DNA from: Candidatus Thorarchaeota archaeon
GTDB lineage: Archaea > Asgardarchaeota > Thorarchaeia > Thorarchaeales > Thorarchaeaceae
DNA length: 32,000 nucleotides
Assembly: GCA_008080745.1 (NCBI GenBank)
Contig: SHMX01000001.1
Location: forward strand, 480,001 to 512,000
Direction: 5' to 3'
Of the stretch, positions 17,983-27,475 are shown one piece after another. Within the stretch, counting starts at the first letter, position 1. Every line of letters begins with the position of its first letter. The position numbers were made by a program, and so were the translations under genes. Below the pieces are notes generated by a model that had not been told where the DNA came from, ran no database searches, and saw only the letters and a list, made by a program, of their open reading frames with translations.

Positions 17983-20895
17983 TCATAGATTTCTTAGCAC
18001 AATTGCAGGATCAGTCTTTGAAGCCTCTCTTGCAGGCCAATAAGCTCCAAGAATCATCATGAATACCTCAAGAAGAAGTACTCCAGTTAGGAATCCAACT
18101 GGAAATACAACCAGAGCTTGAAGCGTACGAGCAAAGGGACTCATCGAAAAGATGACAATGCTCTGTACATAGCCAAATATTGTCCCCAGTACTAGGCTCA
18201 ATGCCAGGGCTGCTAGGACGATTCCGGTAAACTCTGACAATACCATCTTGACGATTTGCTGTCTTGAACCTCCAACTGCCCGCAAAATAGCGTAGTCCCG
18301 TTTTCTCTCACGAACTATTGAACCTAAGAAGAGAGTCAGTGCAAACATACTCAGTAAAAGTGACATGGCAAAACCAATCGAGAAGAGACCCTGAACAGTA
18401 CTGAGGAAAAGAGCAGTACCAAAGGATATTCCTTCCAAGTCGAAACTGCCTGCAGTAGTTGCTGTGACACCTTGAAGATCATTTAGCGCACGTACAACCA
18501 AATCTTCATCGGTTACACAAACAAGATCAGCAAGGAACAATGTGGCCGTGGCCCTATCTGTCATTTCTGATACAAAGGCAATATTTGCCAATGCAAACCC
18601 AGAGAGACCCGATTGAAAGCCAAAACCCGGACCTAAACGGGAAGGAGGTATATACTCATCTGCAGCATAGCCAAAACCAGGTGCTGAATAAACCAGACCA
18701 ACTATCTCGAAGGATATATCAGTCGAGCCAGATCGTGCGTTTACATCCAGATTGATAGTATCACCCACAGTCTTGTTCCATCGGTTAGCATGATATTCGC
18801 TAAGTATGATTCCGTTTTCTACCGATGCAAGCCGGGAAAGGGCAGTGGAGTGATCTGTATTTACAAAACTTGTTGGATCAAAATCGCCAATGAGAGAGTA
18901 TTCGATAGCATCTAATGAAGCTAATATGATTCGTTCAGTACCCACAGAACTGGAAAGTTTGAGAACAGGTGTAGCTCGATTAACACCAGGATATTCTTCA
19001 ATTGTGTCATTAAAACTAAAGGGCCTGGATGTGCAGTCCACACGGAGATCTGCTCCAATTGCATAGGATACTTCAATGTCCAAATCTGCTTGAAAACTCT
19101 CAGCTTGAACAGTAAAAGCAATGGTAGATGATAAAGTAAGGGCAAGAACTACCATCAAAGGCACGATTCGACCTTTACGCATTCTCAGATTTCCAGCAGC
19201 AACCAGATTCTTTTCTCCAAGTATGAAAGACAATCGTTTTGTCATATTTGCAAAACCAACTCGAGAAATTCGGGAACCATTATAGGCCATAAAGAACCAG
19301 GAGGCTGTGCCTAAACCAAGTTCCAGCAGAATCAGGATAGGATTTGCAGGAAGGAAGATGACTGCTCCTAAGACCATAGAGAGAAGAACAACTGACATTC
19401 CTATAGTGAACCCATATGCTTCTTTACTATCACTTAATGCCTCCGTTGTTTCAACTAGACCAGAACCTATTTCGGTCTTAGCGGTGTTTCTTGCAGAATT
19501 CAAAATGAACAGAAGAGGTGGAAGAATACAGAATAAAAATGAATAGATAATTGTTTCAACTTTGAGTACAGACTCATTCAAGAAGGATAGATACGAAACC
19601 CAGTTAAACACCATGAATGCCTCGGCAGAGGGTATCAATGCAGCAAACGCAATGCTCAGAATGATTCCCATGAAGAGACTTACACTCGCAATTATCACGG
19701 ATTCGGAAAAGAATATCCAATATATTTGACTGGAACTTGCACCCTTTGCACGGAGCGAACTCACCTCTACTTTTCGGGTTGCCATGAAGGTGTCCGCAGC
19801 AAATACGGACAGGAATAAAGCGAGGATGAAAATCGGTAGATTGAGAAGCGCTAGCGGCATTGTGTCCGTATATGTGCTAACGAGTTCTTGAAGATACAGA
19901 ACCTCATCAAGACCTTCTACATCAACATTATACAATTCATCAATTCTATCTTTCAGCGTAAGAAGATTGTCAGATATTGTATCAACACCAGCTGAAACCA
20001 ATGCTGTTGATGAAGCTCTTAGAAACGACCGCGCAGGAAAGAATCCAATTTCTGGAAGGGGGTCAGTATCGATGACATTTGATAAAATCATAACACTATC
20101 ACGAATGCCCAACACAGGCGTATCCCAGTTATAGTGCTCATAGTTTGATCGTAGACGGGATGGGAAACCAGTCTCCAAAATAGAGTTGTAACCTTGGATC
20201 TCGTATATACCCACAATACGGAGAGATGTGAGACTCATTCTATCAAGCTCGGATAGTGGAGCTATAGAGGTACTTCTTCTTGTCAACAGCTCGATATCGA
20301 TTGTTGAGTTAATCGTAATAGTGAAACCATATACATCATAGAAAGATTCGACAAATAATTGAGAAACAACTATCTCTCCTTCTTGGAGCGCAAATCTGCC
20401 TTCTATTTCAAACTCAGGTTCAATAATATTCAAGAGTTCATTATTGACAAATATTACTTCACAGTCTTTTATCCCATCAGAGTATATCGGCATATCCAGC
20501 CCATATAGTGTACTGTCAGGTAAATTCGATCCATACACCAGTCCTACTGACGAATTAACTCGATACGTATTCTCAATATACTCGCTGGTTTGCGAATAGC
20601 CTTCTGCTGCTATAATGGCCTCGGATTGTCCTGGAGGTGCGGTTATCATTAATTGAAAAGAATTATCCTCGAAATAATTGTCCACACTGACTTTAACGCC
20701 AGTATCTGCCCAAACTAGAACGGAACCAATGAGAGAAACCCCGAGACTAAGTGTGAGTGCAAGACTCAAAGCTCTAAATGGGTATGAGCGCATTGCACTA
20801 AGAGCATACGAAAAAGGATAGAGCCGACTTCCTTTCTTAAAATCAACGCCGTTCTTCTTGCGCCTCGCCAAGCAATCACCCCTGTGATGTAACAT
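17983..20895 (-). CDS. FtsX/MacB-family ABC permease, paralog of 15063-17978
   Basis: RKVEVSSLRAKGAS, ERKRDYAILRAVGGS, GADLRV, PAREASKTDPAIVLR. The true start may be slightly downstream (TTG about 20871). Confidence 0.92.
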   Translation of the reverse strand: MLHHRGDCLARRKKNGVDFKKGSRLYPFSYALSAMRSYPFRALSLALTLSLGVSLIGSVLVWADTGVKVSVDNYFEDNSFQLMITAPPGQSEAIIAAEGYSQTSEYIENTYRVNSSVGLVYGSNLPDSTLYGLDMPIYSDGIKDCEVIFVNNELLNIIEPEFEIEGRFALQEGEIVVSQLFVESFYDVYGFTITINSTIDIELLTRRSTSIAPLSELDRMSLTSLRIVGIYEIQGYNSILETGFPSRLRSNYEHYNWDTPVLGIRDSVMILSNVIDTDPLPEIGFFPARSFLRASSTALVSAGVDTISDNLLTLKDRIDELYNVDVEGLDEVLYLQELVSTYTDTMPLALLNLPIFILALFLSVFAADTFMATRKVEVSSLRAKGASSSQIYWIFFSESVIIASVSLFMGIILSIAFAALIPSAEAFMVFNWVSYLSFLNESVLKVETIIYSFLFCILPPLLFILNSARNTAKTEIGSGLVETTEALSDSKEAYGFTIGMSVVLLSMVLGAVIFLPANPILILLELGLGTASWFFMAYNGSRISRVGFANMTKRLSFILGEKNLVAAGNLRMRKGRIVPLMVVLALTLSSTIAFTVQAESFQADLDIEVSYAIGADLRVDCTSRPFSFNDTIEEYPGVNRATPVLKLSSSVGTERIILASLDAIEYSLIGDFDPTSFVNTDHSTALSRLASVENGIILSEYHANRWNKTVGDTINLDVNARSGSTDISFEIVGLVYSAPGFGYAADEYIPPSRLGPGFGFQSGLSGFALANIAFVSEMTDRATATLFLADLVCVTDEDLVVRALNDLQGVTATTAGSFDLEGISFGTALFLSTVQGLFSIGFAMSLLLSMFALTLFLGSIVRERKRDYAILRAVGGSRQQIVKMVLSEFTGIVLAALALSLVLGTIFGYVQSIVIFSMSPFARTLQALVVFPVGFLTGVLLLEVFMMILGAYWPAREASKTDPAIVLRNL

Positions 20896-21667
20896 CAGCC
20901 GTCGAATCTTCGTCTTTGGGTCGGGTCACATCAACACCACTGTGTTTGAAGAATGCTGAAATCAGTTCCTCAACAAGTACCCCATCACGAAGAAGCATAA
21001 TCTTGTCAGCCATTCTTGCAACCTCTGGATCATGTGTCACAACAATCACTGCACGGCCTTCTTTCTTTGCTAAATCACGCATGAGTTTGATAATCTCTCC
21101 ACCAGTCTTGTGGTCCAAATCCCCAGTCGGTTCGTCACACAGCAGAATTACTGGGTCATTAGCTAATGCACGGGCAAGTGCAACTCGTGAGCGCATACCA
21201 CCAGATAATTCGTGGGGCATGTGGTGAGCTCGGTGATCAACGGAAACCGCTTCAAGAAGTTTCATAGCTTTACTGATTCGTTTCTCGGCCCGAACTTCAT
21301 CAAGAAGCATGGGCACCATTACATTTTCAATAGCTGTAAAAATAGGAAGAAGGTGCTGATCTTGAAAGAGTACGCCAATCTTACTTCGACGCATCTCAGA
21401 CATCTGATCATCATTCAGTTCAGTAATATCTACATTATCAACAAATATCGTTCCGCTTGTAGGCCGGTCAAGACCACCAATAAGATTGAGTAGAGTAGTC
21501 TTACCTGAACCCGAAGCACCGACAATCGCAACAAAATCACCTTTACGGACTGTTAGGTCTGTACCTCGAAGTACTTTGATAATTCGAGTTCCGTCCTGAA
21601 ACTCACGGAAGACCTCTTTACATTCTACAGCAATACTGTTGTCTGGTTCCAAGTCTGGTCTCTCCAA
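20876..21667 (-). CDS. LolD/MacB-type ABC ATPase
   Basis: GASGSGKTT, LDRPTSG, LSGGMRSR, LCDEPTGDLD, VVTHD. TTG start. Confidence 0.94.
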   Translation of the reverse strand: MERPDLEPDNSIAVECKEVFREFQDGTRIIKVLRGTDLTVRKGDFVAIVGASGSGKTTLLNLIGGLDRPTSGTIFVDNVDITELNDDQMSEMRRSKIGVLFQDQHLLPIFTAIENVMVPMLLDEVRAEKRISKAMKLLEAVSVDHRAHHMPHELSGGMRSRVALARALANDPVILLCDEPTGDLDHKTGGEIIKLMRDLAKKEGRAVIVVTHDPEVARMADKIMLLRDGVLVEELISAFFKHSGVDVTRPKDEDSTADVTSQG

Positions 21668-21792
21668 GGGAGATTATTCTTCAATCAGGTTGTTTTTAGC
21701 GTTGCGTCTCAAGCAACAAATTCGACGCAGCATGAATACCTAAAAAAGGGGCCTATCTCGTCAATATTTACAAGATTTTTAGAGGTTCTAGT

Positions 21793-22281
21793 ATGAGAGT
21801 CTTCGCAGTTTCAGGATGGTCCAAAACAGGAAAGACCACTCTTGTTGAAGAACTAATCAAAGCACTACTCGCTAGAGGTTATCGAGTAGCCACCATAAAA
21901 AGCACACACGAAGATATATTGGATAAGCCAGGAACAGATACATACCGTCATCAAAAGGCAGGCGCAAATCCATCAATATTGCTTGGAAAAAACGGAACTA
22001 TGATAAATTACTCCGAGCGGCTGGAAATTAAAACATTTGCTGAGTTGGATGTGGAGTTTCTCATTATTGAAGGAATGAAGAGAAGTATAATTCCAAAAGT
22101 CTGGTGCAGTAAAAAAAAGGATACCTCGTGGAAAGACTTTCCCGATATTAGAGCAATAGTTTCTAGAGATCTAAACCCAACACAAGGAGAGAAAAGTATA
22201 CCAATTCTGCATCCCGATGATATCGAGAGTATAGTGTCAATCATTCTAAGAGAAGCTATACCAGTAACAGATATTTCATAG
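21793..22281 (+). CDS. mobB: Molybdopterin-guanine dinucleotide biosynthesis protein B
   Basis: VSGWSKTGKTTLVEELI...GYRVATIKSTH...DKPGTDTYRH..AGA...LIIEGMK. Confidence 0.9.
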   Translation: MRVFAVSGWSKTGKTTLVEELIKALLARGYRVATIKSTHEDILDKPGTDTYRHQKAGANPSILLGKNGTMINYSERLEIKTFAELDVEFLIIEGMKRSIIPKVWCSKKKDTSWKDFPDIRAIVSRDLNPTQGEKSIPILHPDDIESIVSIILREAIPVTDIS

Positions 22282-22335
22282 AGCAAGATTGGCGTAATCC
22301 GTAACTTATAACTGTAGAATAGCGATGAAAAAAGT

Positions 22336-24330
22336 ATGACCCGTGACCAAATTTCCCAGTATTTCGCAGCGATTGCAGTGATGGTTTTGGTTTTTAGTCC
22401 GGTTCTTACGGTGGATGCCCAGCTCAAACCAGCATCAATAAGCCCATCTGAGCAACGAGTAATCCCTAGTTCAGTATATGATGCAGAGGCTGATTGGGAC
22501 AGTATCTTTGGAAGTGTTTCAATTACTTGGCTTAGGAACTTCGTACGAGATATGTCTGAAGATCATCCATATCGTACTTGGTATCCGCTCGATAAAGCGC
22601 CTTCTCCCCAACTAGAGGGGGGCTGGACGATGGCAAATAATACTCTAATGAGTATCACTGGCGGGAATCTCAGTTTCAAAATTATGACTGAATATATGAA
22701 TCTGGTTGCAATCAGGAACGGGTCGGATTCACGTCTTGCACCAATCATTATTGCAGGAACTATTGCTGGACCCTACAGCCCCGGTGCAAACGCTTATGCA
22801 GCATCTGTAGCGGGTGTGCTTCATGTAGCTTATCTCCTGAACAATTTGACCATTAGTAATGATGTCTACTTTGTTTTGGTTAATACGTATCGATCGTATC
22901 ATCAGCCCTCTGGAAGCAATATTGGCTTCAGGGCATTGCTAAGCACTCTTGAAAATCAGGGACGACACCCTGCCACCGTCTTGTGGATGGATAGTATCCT
23001 CTACGAGAGTGAGGAAACTAATGGAGATAGACTTGCCATCCAGTTCGGACAGGGTGGAGAAGTACTGGAAGGAAGTGAATACCTTGCATTTCTCTCGACA
23101 CAAGTATCTGCATACGCTGGAAACAGTAGAGCTGTAGTAAAATCAACTACCAACAGATATTGGGACGACTCTGGTTCTGCAGAAGCGATAAATTATGGGA
23201 TTCCCTCGATTGTGTTTTCACAATATTACACAGAGAGTGTTTCAGGCCGCGAAAATGATGACTGGGACTTTTTCTATTGGTCATATACAATGCTTGAGGA
23301 AGCTGCAGGTATAGCTGCGTCAATCATAGCATATCTTGGGAAAATAAGCAATGGAGAAGCCCCGATAGTAGAAAGAACAACGTCACTTTCAGCGGGCAGC
23401 TCGAAAACAATCGATATCTATCTCACAGGTATATCCAGTATTAATGTGAGTGTTGGATGGAGTGATAATACGACGATAGAAGCACAGATTCGAAATGAGT
23501 TTGATGTAGTGCTATTCTCTCGTGTGGGAGATAATAATTCACTCATTCTTAATTATACAAATGAGGATACTGGTGAATTTTCTCTGAGACTCCTCAATTC
23601 GGGTACAAATAGCACAACAGTACAGTACAACTACACTCATTGGCATGACTTCGATCAAGATGGACTTAGCGATGATTTGGAGTACATGTATGGTACAGAC
23701 GGAATCAGCAGCGATACAGACAATGATCTTGCAGATGATTACTCCGAAGTCATGGTCTATGGATGTGACCCCCTTGTCCAAGATACAGATGGAGATGGAG
23801 CAATAGATGGTGTGGAGATTATGTTGGGTGCCGATCCTACTATTGTTGATACTGACCAAGACACTCTAAGTGATGGTTTTGAGATTGAAAATGGGTATGA
23901 TCCTACCTCAAATGATACGGATGGAGACCAAATACTAGATAATGTGGAAGTTGATTTGGGATTAAATCCTCTTTCCAATGATACCGATGGAGACGGCCTA
24001 TTGGATTATCAGGAGCTTTTAGCAGGTACCGATGCTGCATCACCAGACTCAGATGGAGACGGGCTTTCCGACCTATTTGAGCTGCTAAATTACATGGACC
24101 CTCTATCACAAGACTCGGATAAAGATGGTTTATCTGATGCTTATGAGATTGAGAATTGTCTTATGCCCAATAATCCAGATACAGATTCAGACGGCATTCC
24201 TGATGGAGTTGATTGGATGCCTAGAGAACACTGGATGACTATAGTTCCTGTGGCGGGCTTTGGTATATTCCTGCTTGTTATGATTCTATGGTTACTCATG
24301 AAGAGAAGAACGTATTCTAGGAGTGGATAA
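22336..24330 (+). CDS. Membrane-anchored surface protein: signal/anchor, degenerate M28 peptidase-fold domain, beta-sandwich, 9 Ca-binding TSP3-like repeats, C-terminal TM
   Basis: NLVA...IIIAG...PGAN...VLHVA...WMD...GIP M28 scaffold; DxDxDG..D..E repeats; TM followed by KRRTYSR. Confidence 0.85.
   Translation: MTRDQISQYFAAIAVMVLVFSPVLTVDAQLKPASISPSEQRVIPSSVYDAEADWDSIFGSVSITWLRNFVRDMSEDHPYRTWYPLDKAPSPQLEGGWTMANNTLMSITGGNLSFKIMTEYMNLVAIRNGSDSRLAPIIIAGTIAGPYSPGANAYAASVAGVLHVAYLLNNLTISNDVYFVLVNTYRSYHQPSGSNIGFRALLSTLENQGRHPATVLWMDSILYESEETNGDRLAIQFGQGGEVLEGSEYLAFLSTQVSAYAGNSRAVVKSTTNRYWDDSGSAEAINYGIPSIVFSQYYTESVSGRENDDWDFFYWSYTMLEEAAGIAASIIAYLGKISNGEAPIVERTTSLSAGSSKTIDIYLTGISSINVSVGWSDNTTIEAQIRNEFDVVLFSRVGDNNSLILNYTNEDTGEFSLRLLNSGTNSTTVQYNYTHWHDFDQDGLSDDLEYMYGTDGISSDTDNDLADDYSEVMVYGCDPLVQDTDGDGAIDGVEIMLGADPTIVDTDQDTLSDGFEIENGYDPTSNDTDGDQILDNVEVDLGLNPLSNDTDGDGLLDYQELLAGTDAASPDSDGDGLSDLFELLNYMDPLSQDSDKDGLSDAYEIENCLMPNNPDTDSDGIPDGVDWMPREHWMTIVPVAGFGIFLLVMILWLLMKRRTYSRSG
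23647..24213 (+). repeat. Nine coding DxDxD(G)xxDxxE calcium-binding (bacterial TSP3-like) repeats, about 23 aa period
   Basis: DFDQDG, DTDNDL, DTDGDG, DTDQDT, DTDGDQ, DTDGDG, DSDGDG, DSDKDG, DTDSDG. Confidence 0.9.
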
Positions 24331-24333
24331 TAC

Positions 24334-26394
24334 ATGCAACTAACCAAGACGAAAGTACGACATAATCGAATTATACGGAGGTATTTTGCAATCTTCACCC
24401 TGATACTTCTACTTGCTATACCTATGTATACAGAGCCAGAAACAGCCATAAATAATGGTGAAATCCAACTAGAAAATCATTCCAAGTTTCAAGATGCTTC
24501 TGTGGGTAATCCTACATATGTAAATCTAACCCAGTATATTGAAGAGATCTACAATACAACATCCCAGACCAGAATCGAGGAATACACCCAGAGCCTTTCA
24601 GAAAATTATCCAGCAAGAATATGGAATATATCAATTAATGCAGCCTCAACCAACCTCCTTGCCGCTATGGCTTGGGTGAACACTACACTAAAGACAATCA
24701 CCGATGAGTCCCTAATATTCAAACAAATAGAGGGAGAGCCGTTCCTCTTTGCAAAGCAGGAGGGAAGTGATACCAATCCCAGAAAAGGAATAGTACTTAC
24801 GGGAATTCTAGACTCAGAGAATTATCCTGGTGCAAATAGTGTAGGGATAAGTGTCGCAATCATTTTGGAGCTAGCCAATATACTCCATGAATATTCTTTT
24901 GATTTTGATATTTATTACGTATTATCGATTGGTGGCAGATATGATTCTGATATCGATTATGGGAGTAGGGCCTTTGTCGAATGGATACAAAACAACAATA
25001 TTGACATTTTCACGACATTGGCATTTGACAAGATGCTCTTTAGTCGTTACGGATTCATTAACAGTAATAAGATAGCTCTTAGAACCAGCACAATATCAAA
25101 TTACCACTTTTCAGATTATATTCCCGACTTGTTAGTGCAGATCTCAAAGCAATATGGTTCAAACAAATTCATCAGGCTAATTGATAATGAAAAGGCAGAC
25201 CGTTCCACAGCATATGAGATGTGGAGAGTCAATCTTCCAGGAATTCATGTCACACAAGGATATTACCCAGATCCCAATAGCGATTCTATAGAAGACGTTT
25301 GGGACAATGACGAGTACAAATACGACAAACCAGTAGAGACAGTATCTGCAACTGCTGCTATGCTGGTACAACTTGGAATGATGAATGGAAATCATGCTGC
25401 AGCTCATTATATGAATAGCACTATTCCCACGGGTCAAAGCTCGAATCTCTTCTTTGTAGCAAGTGTCAACGATTTCGTCAATGTCACAATATCCTGGCCA
25501 GAAGGGACTCAATTACAGGCGAATATCATAAGGTCCTCAACATCAACATCGATGTATCAACGAATAGAAAACGACTCGCTCATCATTATGAAATATCGTT
25601 CTGTTCCACGAGGCGAATATGAGGTAGTCATAGAGAATCTTGGATCGCATAATGCTACCGTCAGTATGAATATTACATATTATGAGGACTTTGATGGTGA
25701 CTCTCTTCACGGAGGGACTGAGGCAGAACTGGGAACTAGCGTATATTTCGCGGACTCGGACTCGGACAATATCAATGACAATGTAGAAATCCAAATGGGA
25801 ACCTCACCACTCCTGGAGGATTCCGATAATGACGGAGCTAATGATTTTGAGGAGCTACAATATGGTAGCAATCCATATTTGAACGATACAGATGGTGACC
25901 AACTTCTAGATGGTTTTGAGATTGCTAGAAACATGGATCCAACAAACACAGATTCTGATGATGATGAAATTGGAGACTACGATGAGATATACACATATTT
26001 CACCGATCCAACACGGGAGGATTCCGATTTTGATGGATTAGAGGATGGTTTTGAAATCTCGGCGGGATTAGATCCGCTTTCGCCCGATTCTGATGGGGAC
26101 TCGCTTGGAGACCTCTTCGAAATCCTCAACCAAATAGATCCCACTAAAATGGATACTGATGGGGATGGCTGGTCCGATGCATATGAGGTTGAGTTCTGTC
26201 TATCACCAACAAATCCAGATACTGACGGAGATGGAATTCCAGATGGTATAGATTGGGACCCTCAAGAGCATTGGGTAAATGTAGTAGCCCCCATCGCTCT
26301 ACTATCAATAATTCTTCTTACAGGCATCTTTGGCTTTCTCAAACTGAGGCTTTACAAAAGACTTGATGCGGAGGAAAACGAAGCCACTGCATAA
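24334..26394 (+). CDS. Paralog of 22336-24330 with the same architecture
   Basis: IVLTGILDS..YPGAN...IILELANIL...YGSRAFV...AFDK...LPGI M28 scaffold; 9 repeats; C-terminal TM. Starts 3 nt after the upstream stop. Confidence 0.85.
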   Translation: MQLTKTKVRHNRIIRRYFAIFTLILLLAIPMYTEPETAINNGEIQLENHSKFQDASVGNPTYVNLTQYIEEIYNTTSQTRIEEYTQSLSENYPARIWNISINAASTNLLAAMAWVNTTLKTITDESLIFKQIEGEPFLFAKQEGSDTNPRKGIVLTGILDSENYPGANSVGISVAIILELANILHEYSFDFDIYYVLSIGGRYDSDIDYGSRAFVEWIQNNNIDIFTTLAFDKMLFSRYGFINSNKIALRTSTISNYHFSDYIPDLLVQISKQYGSNKFIRLIDNEKADRSTAYEMWRVNLPGIHVTQGYYPDPNSDSIEDVWDNDEYKYDKPVETVSATAAMLVQLGMMNGNHAAAHYMNSTIPTGQSSNLFFVASVNDFVNVTISWPEGTQLQANIIRSSTSTSMYQRIENDSLIIMKYRSVPRGEYEVVIENLGSHNATVSMNITYYEDFDGDSLHGGTEAELGTSVYFADSDSDNINDNVEIQMGTSPLLEDSDNDGANDFEELQYGSNPYLNDTDGDQLLDGFEIARNMDPTNTDSDDDEIGDYDEIYTYFTDPTREDSDFDGLEDGFEISAGLDPLSPDSDGDSLGDLFEILNQIDPTKMDTDGDGWSDAYEVEFCLSPTNPDTDGDGIPDGIDWDPQEHWVNVVAPIALLSIILLTGIFGFLKLRLYKRLDAEENEATA
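25687..26253 (+). repeat. Nine coding TSP3-like calcium-binding repeats
   Basis: DFDGDS, DSDSDN, DSDNDG, DTDGDQ, DSDDDE, DSDFDG, DSDGDS, DTDGDG, DTDGDG. Confidence 0.9.
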
Positions 26395-26424
26395 GCCAGT
26401 GGTACTTTTTCTTTGTGAAATAGA

Positions 26425-26491
26425 GCGGTTCAGTTACCCCTAAGGTCGTTCATCTTGTTCCGATCACATATAGGTAAGTCATCATTACCGC
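26425..26491 (-). ncRNA. Box C/D 2'-O-methylation guide sRNA
   Basis: Minus strand GCGGU-a-AUGAUGA-CUUACCUAUAU-GUGA-ucggaacaag-AUGAACG-ACCUUAGGGGUAA-CUGA-ACCGC: 5-bp terminal stem, perfect boxes C and D, 11- and 13-nt guides. Confidence 0.85.
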
Positions 26492-26635
26492 ATTACTTTG
26501 TATGATTGACTGCTATTTAGAATTGCTATTAGCCACTATCAAGATTGAATGCAAGTACAATATACGGGGTTTGCGGGCGTTGTGATCTTACACAGTCCTA
26601 TCACAATACTAATTTCTTGAGGTTTGATAGTGGTC

Positions 26636-27469
26636 ATGATGAAGACCATTACAGTGACTGACTTTTCTCTCAAAGATACTCTTGAGTGTGGGCAGACCTT
26701 TTGTTGGCTGAAAGAAGGTGAGGGATATGTAAATCCTGATATTGGTCAGGTCGTCTATGTTGAGCAACAAGGAAATGTGTTGCATTTTGACACTTCTGAT
26801 GGTGATGTGGATCTAAAAGGACTACTTGGTCTCTATGATCCAGTTGACGAAATTCGTGTTACCGTAAATAGAGATTCTTTGATGGAGAAGAGCATTGCAC
26901 ATATGCCAGGACTTCGTGTGGTAAGAGATCCGTTCTTCCCCTGTTTAATCGCATTTTTGTGTTCTATAAGGAAGAACATACCCACCATTCGACAAATGGT
27001 CCAATCAATTCGTGAAACATATGGTGAACCAATATCCTTCAGGGATATGACATATCACTGTATGCCAACTCCAGAACAATTGAGAGGAGTACCAGCAAAA
27101 GAACTCAGAAAACTAGGTCTAGGTTGGCGAGCCAAGTTCATTGAAGAAACCACTAGTACGATTGCGGAACGAGAGATTGAATTTAAGACCTTGCAAAAAA
27201 TGGAATATGAAGAGGCCCATCGCCAACTAAAGACCCTTCATGGGGTGGGCGATAAGGTTGCAGATTGTGTAAGCTTGTTCTCTTTGGGGTTTTTGGAAGC
27301 TTTTCCAATCGACATATGGATTGAACGAATAATTGAGGAACATTATAATATCTTCACAGAAACTGGTAACTCATACAAGAAGAAGTCCTCAGCCGCAAGA
27401 GAATATTTCGGGCCGTATGCAGGTTATGCTCAACAATACCTATTCCATTTTATGAGAACTGGATGCTAA
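26636..27469 (+). CDS. ogg1: 8-oxoguanine DNA glycosylase/AP lyase, OGG1-like HhH-GPD family
   Basis: TLECGQTF, GLRVVRDPF, LIAFLCS, LGLGWRAKFI, LHGVGDKVADCV.LFSL, AFPIDIWI, FGPYAGYAQQYLF. Start may be 26624, 26636 or 26639. Confidence 0.92.
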   Translation: MMKTITVTDFSLKDTLECGQTFCWLKEGEGYVNPDIGQVVYVEQQGNVLHFDTSDGDVDLKGLLGLYDPVDEIRVTVNRDSLMEKSIAHMPGLRVVRDPFFPCLIAFLCSIRKNIPTIRQMVQSIRETYGEPISFRDMTYHCMPTPEQLRGVPAKELRKLGLGWRAKFIEETTSTIAEREIEFKTLQKMEYEEAHRQLKTLHGVGDKVADCVSLFSLGFLEAFPIDIWIERIIEEHYNIFTETGNSYKKKSSAAREYFGPYAGYAQQYLFHFMRTGC

Positions 27470-27475
27470 AAGTAG

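Noticed and set aside
21701-21731. Imperfect inverted repeat GTTGCGTC...GACGCAGC between the ABC cluster and mobB
   Set aside because: Short, with a long loop and a competing weaker pairing; not distinguishable from chance by eye.
23647-26253. Periodic GATGG/GATAC-rich DNA suggesting a CRISPR array or tandem repeat
   Set aside because: The periodicity is in frame and degenerate at synonymous sites; it encodes protein repeats, with no identical repeats or cas genes.
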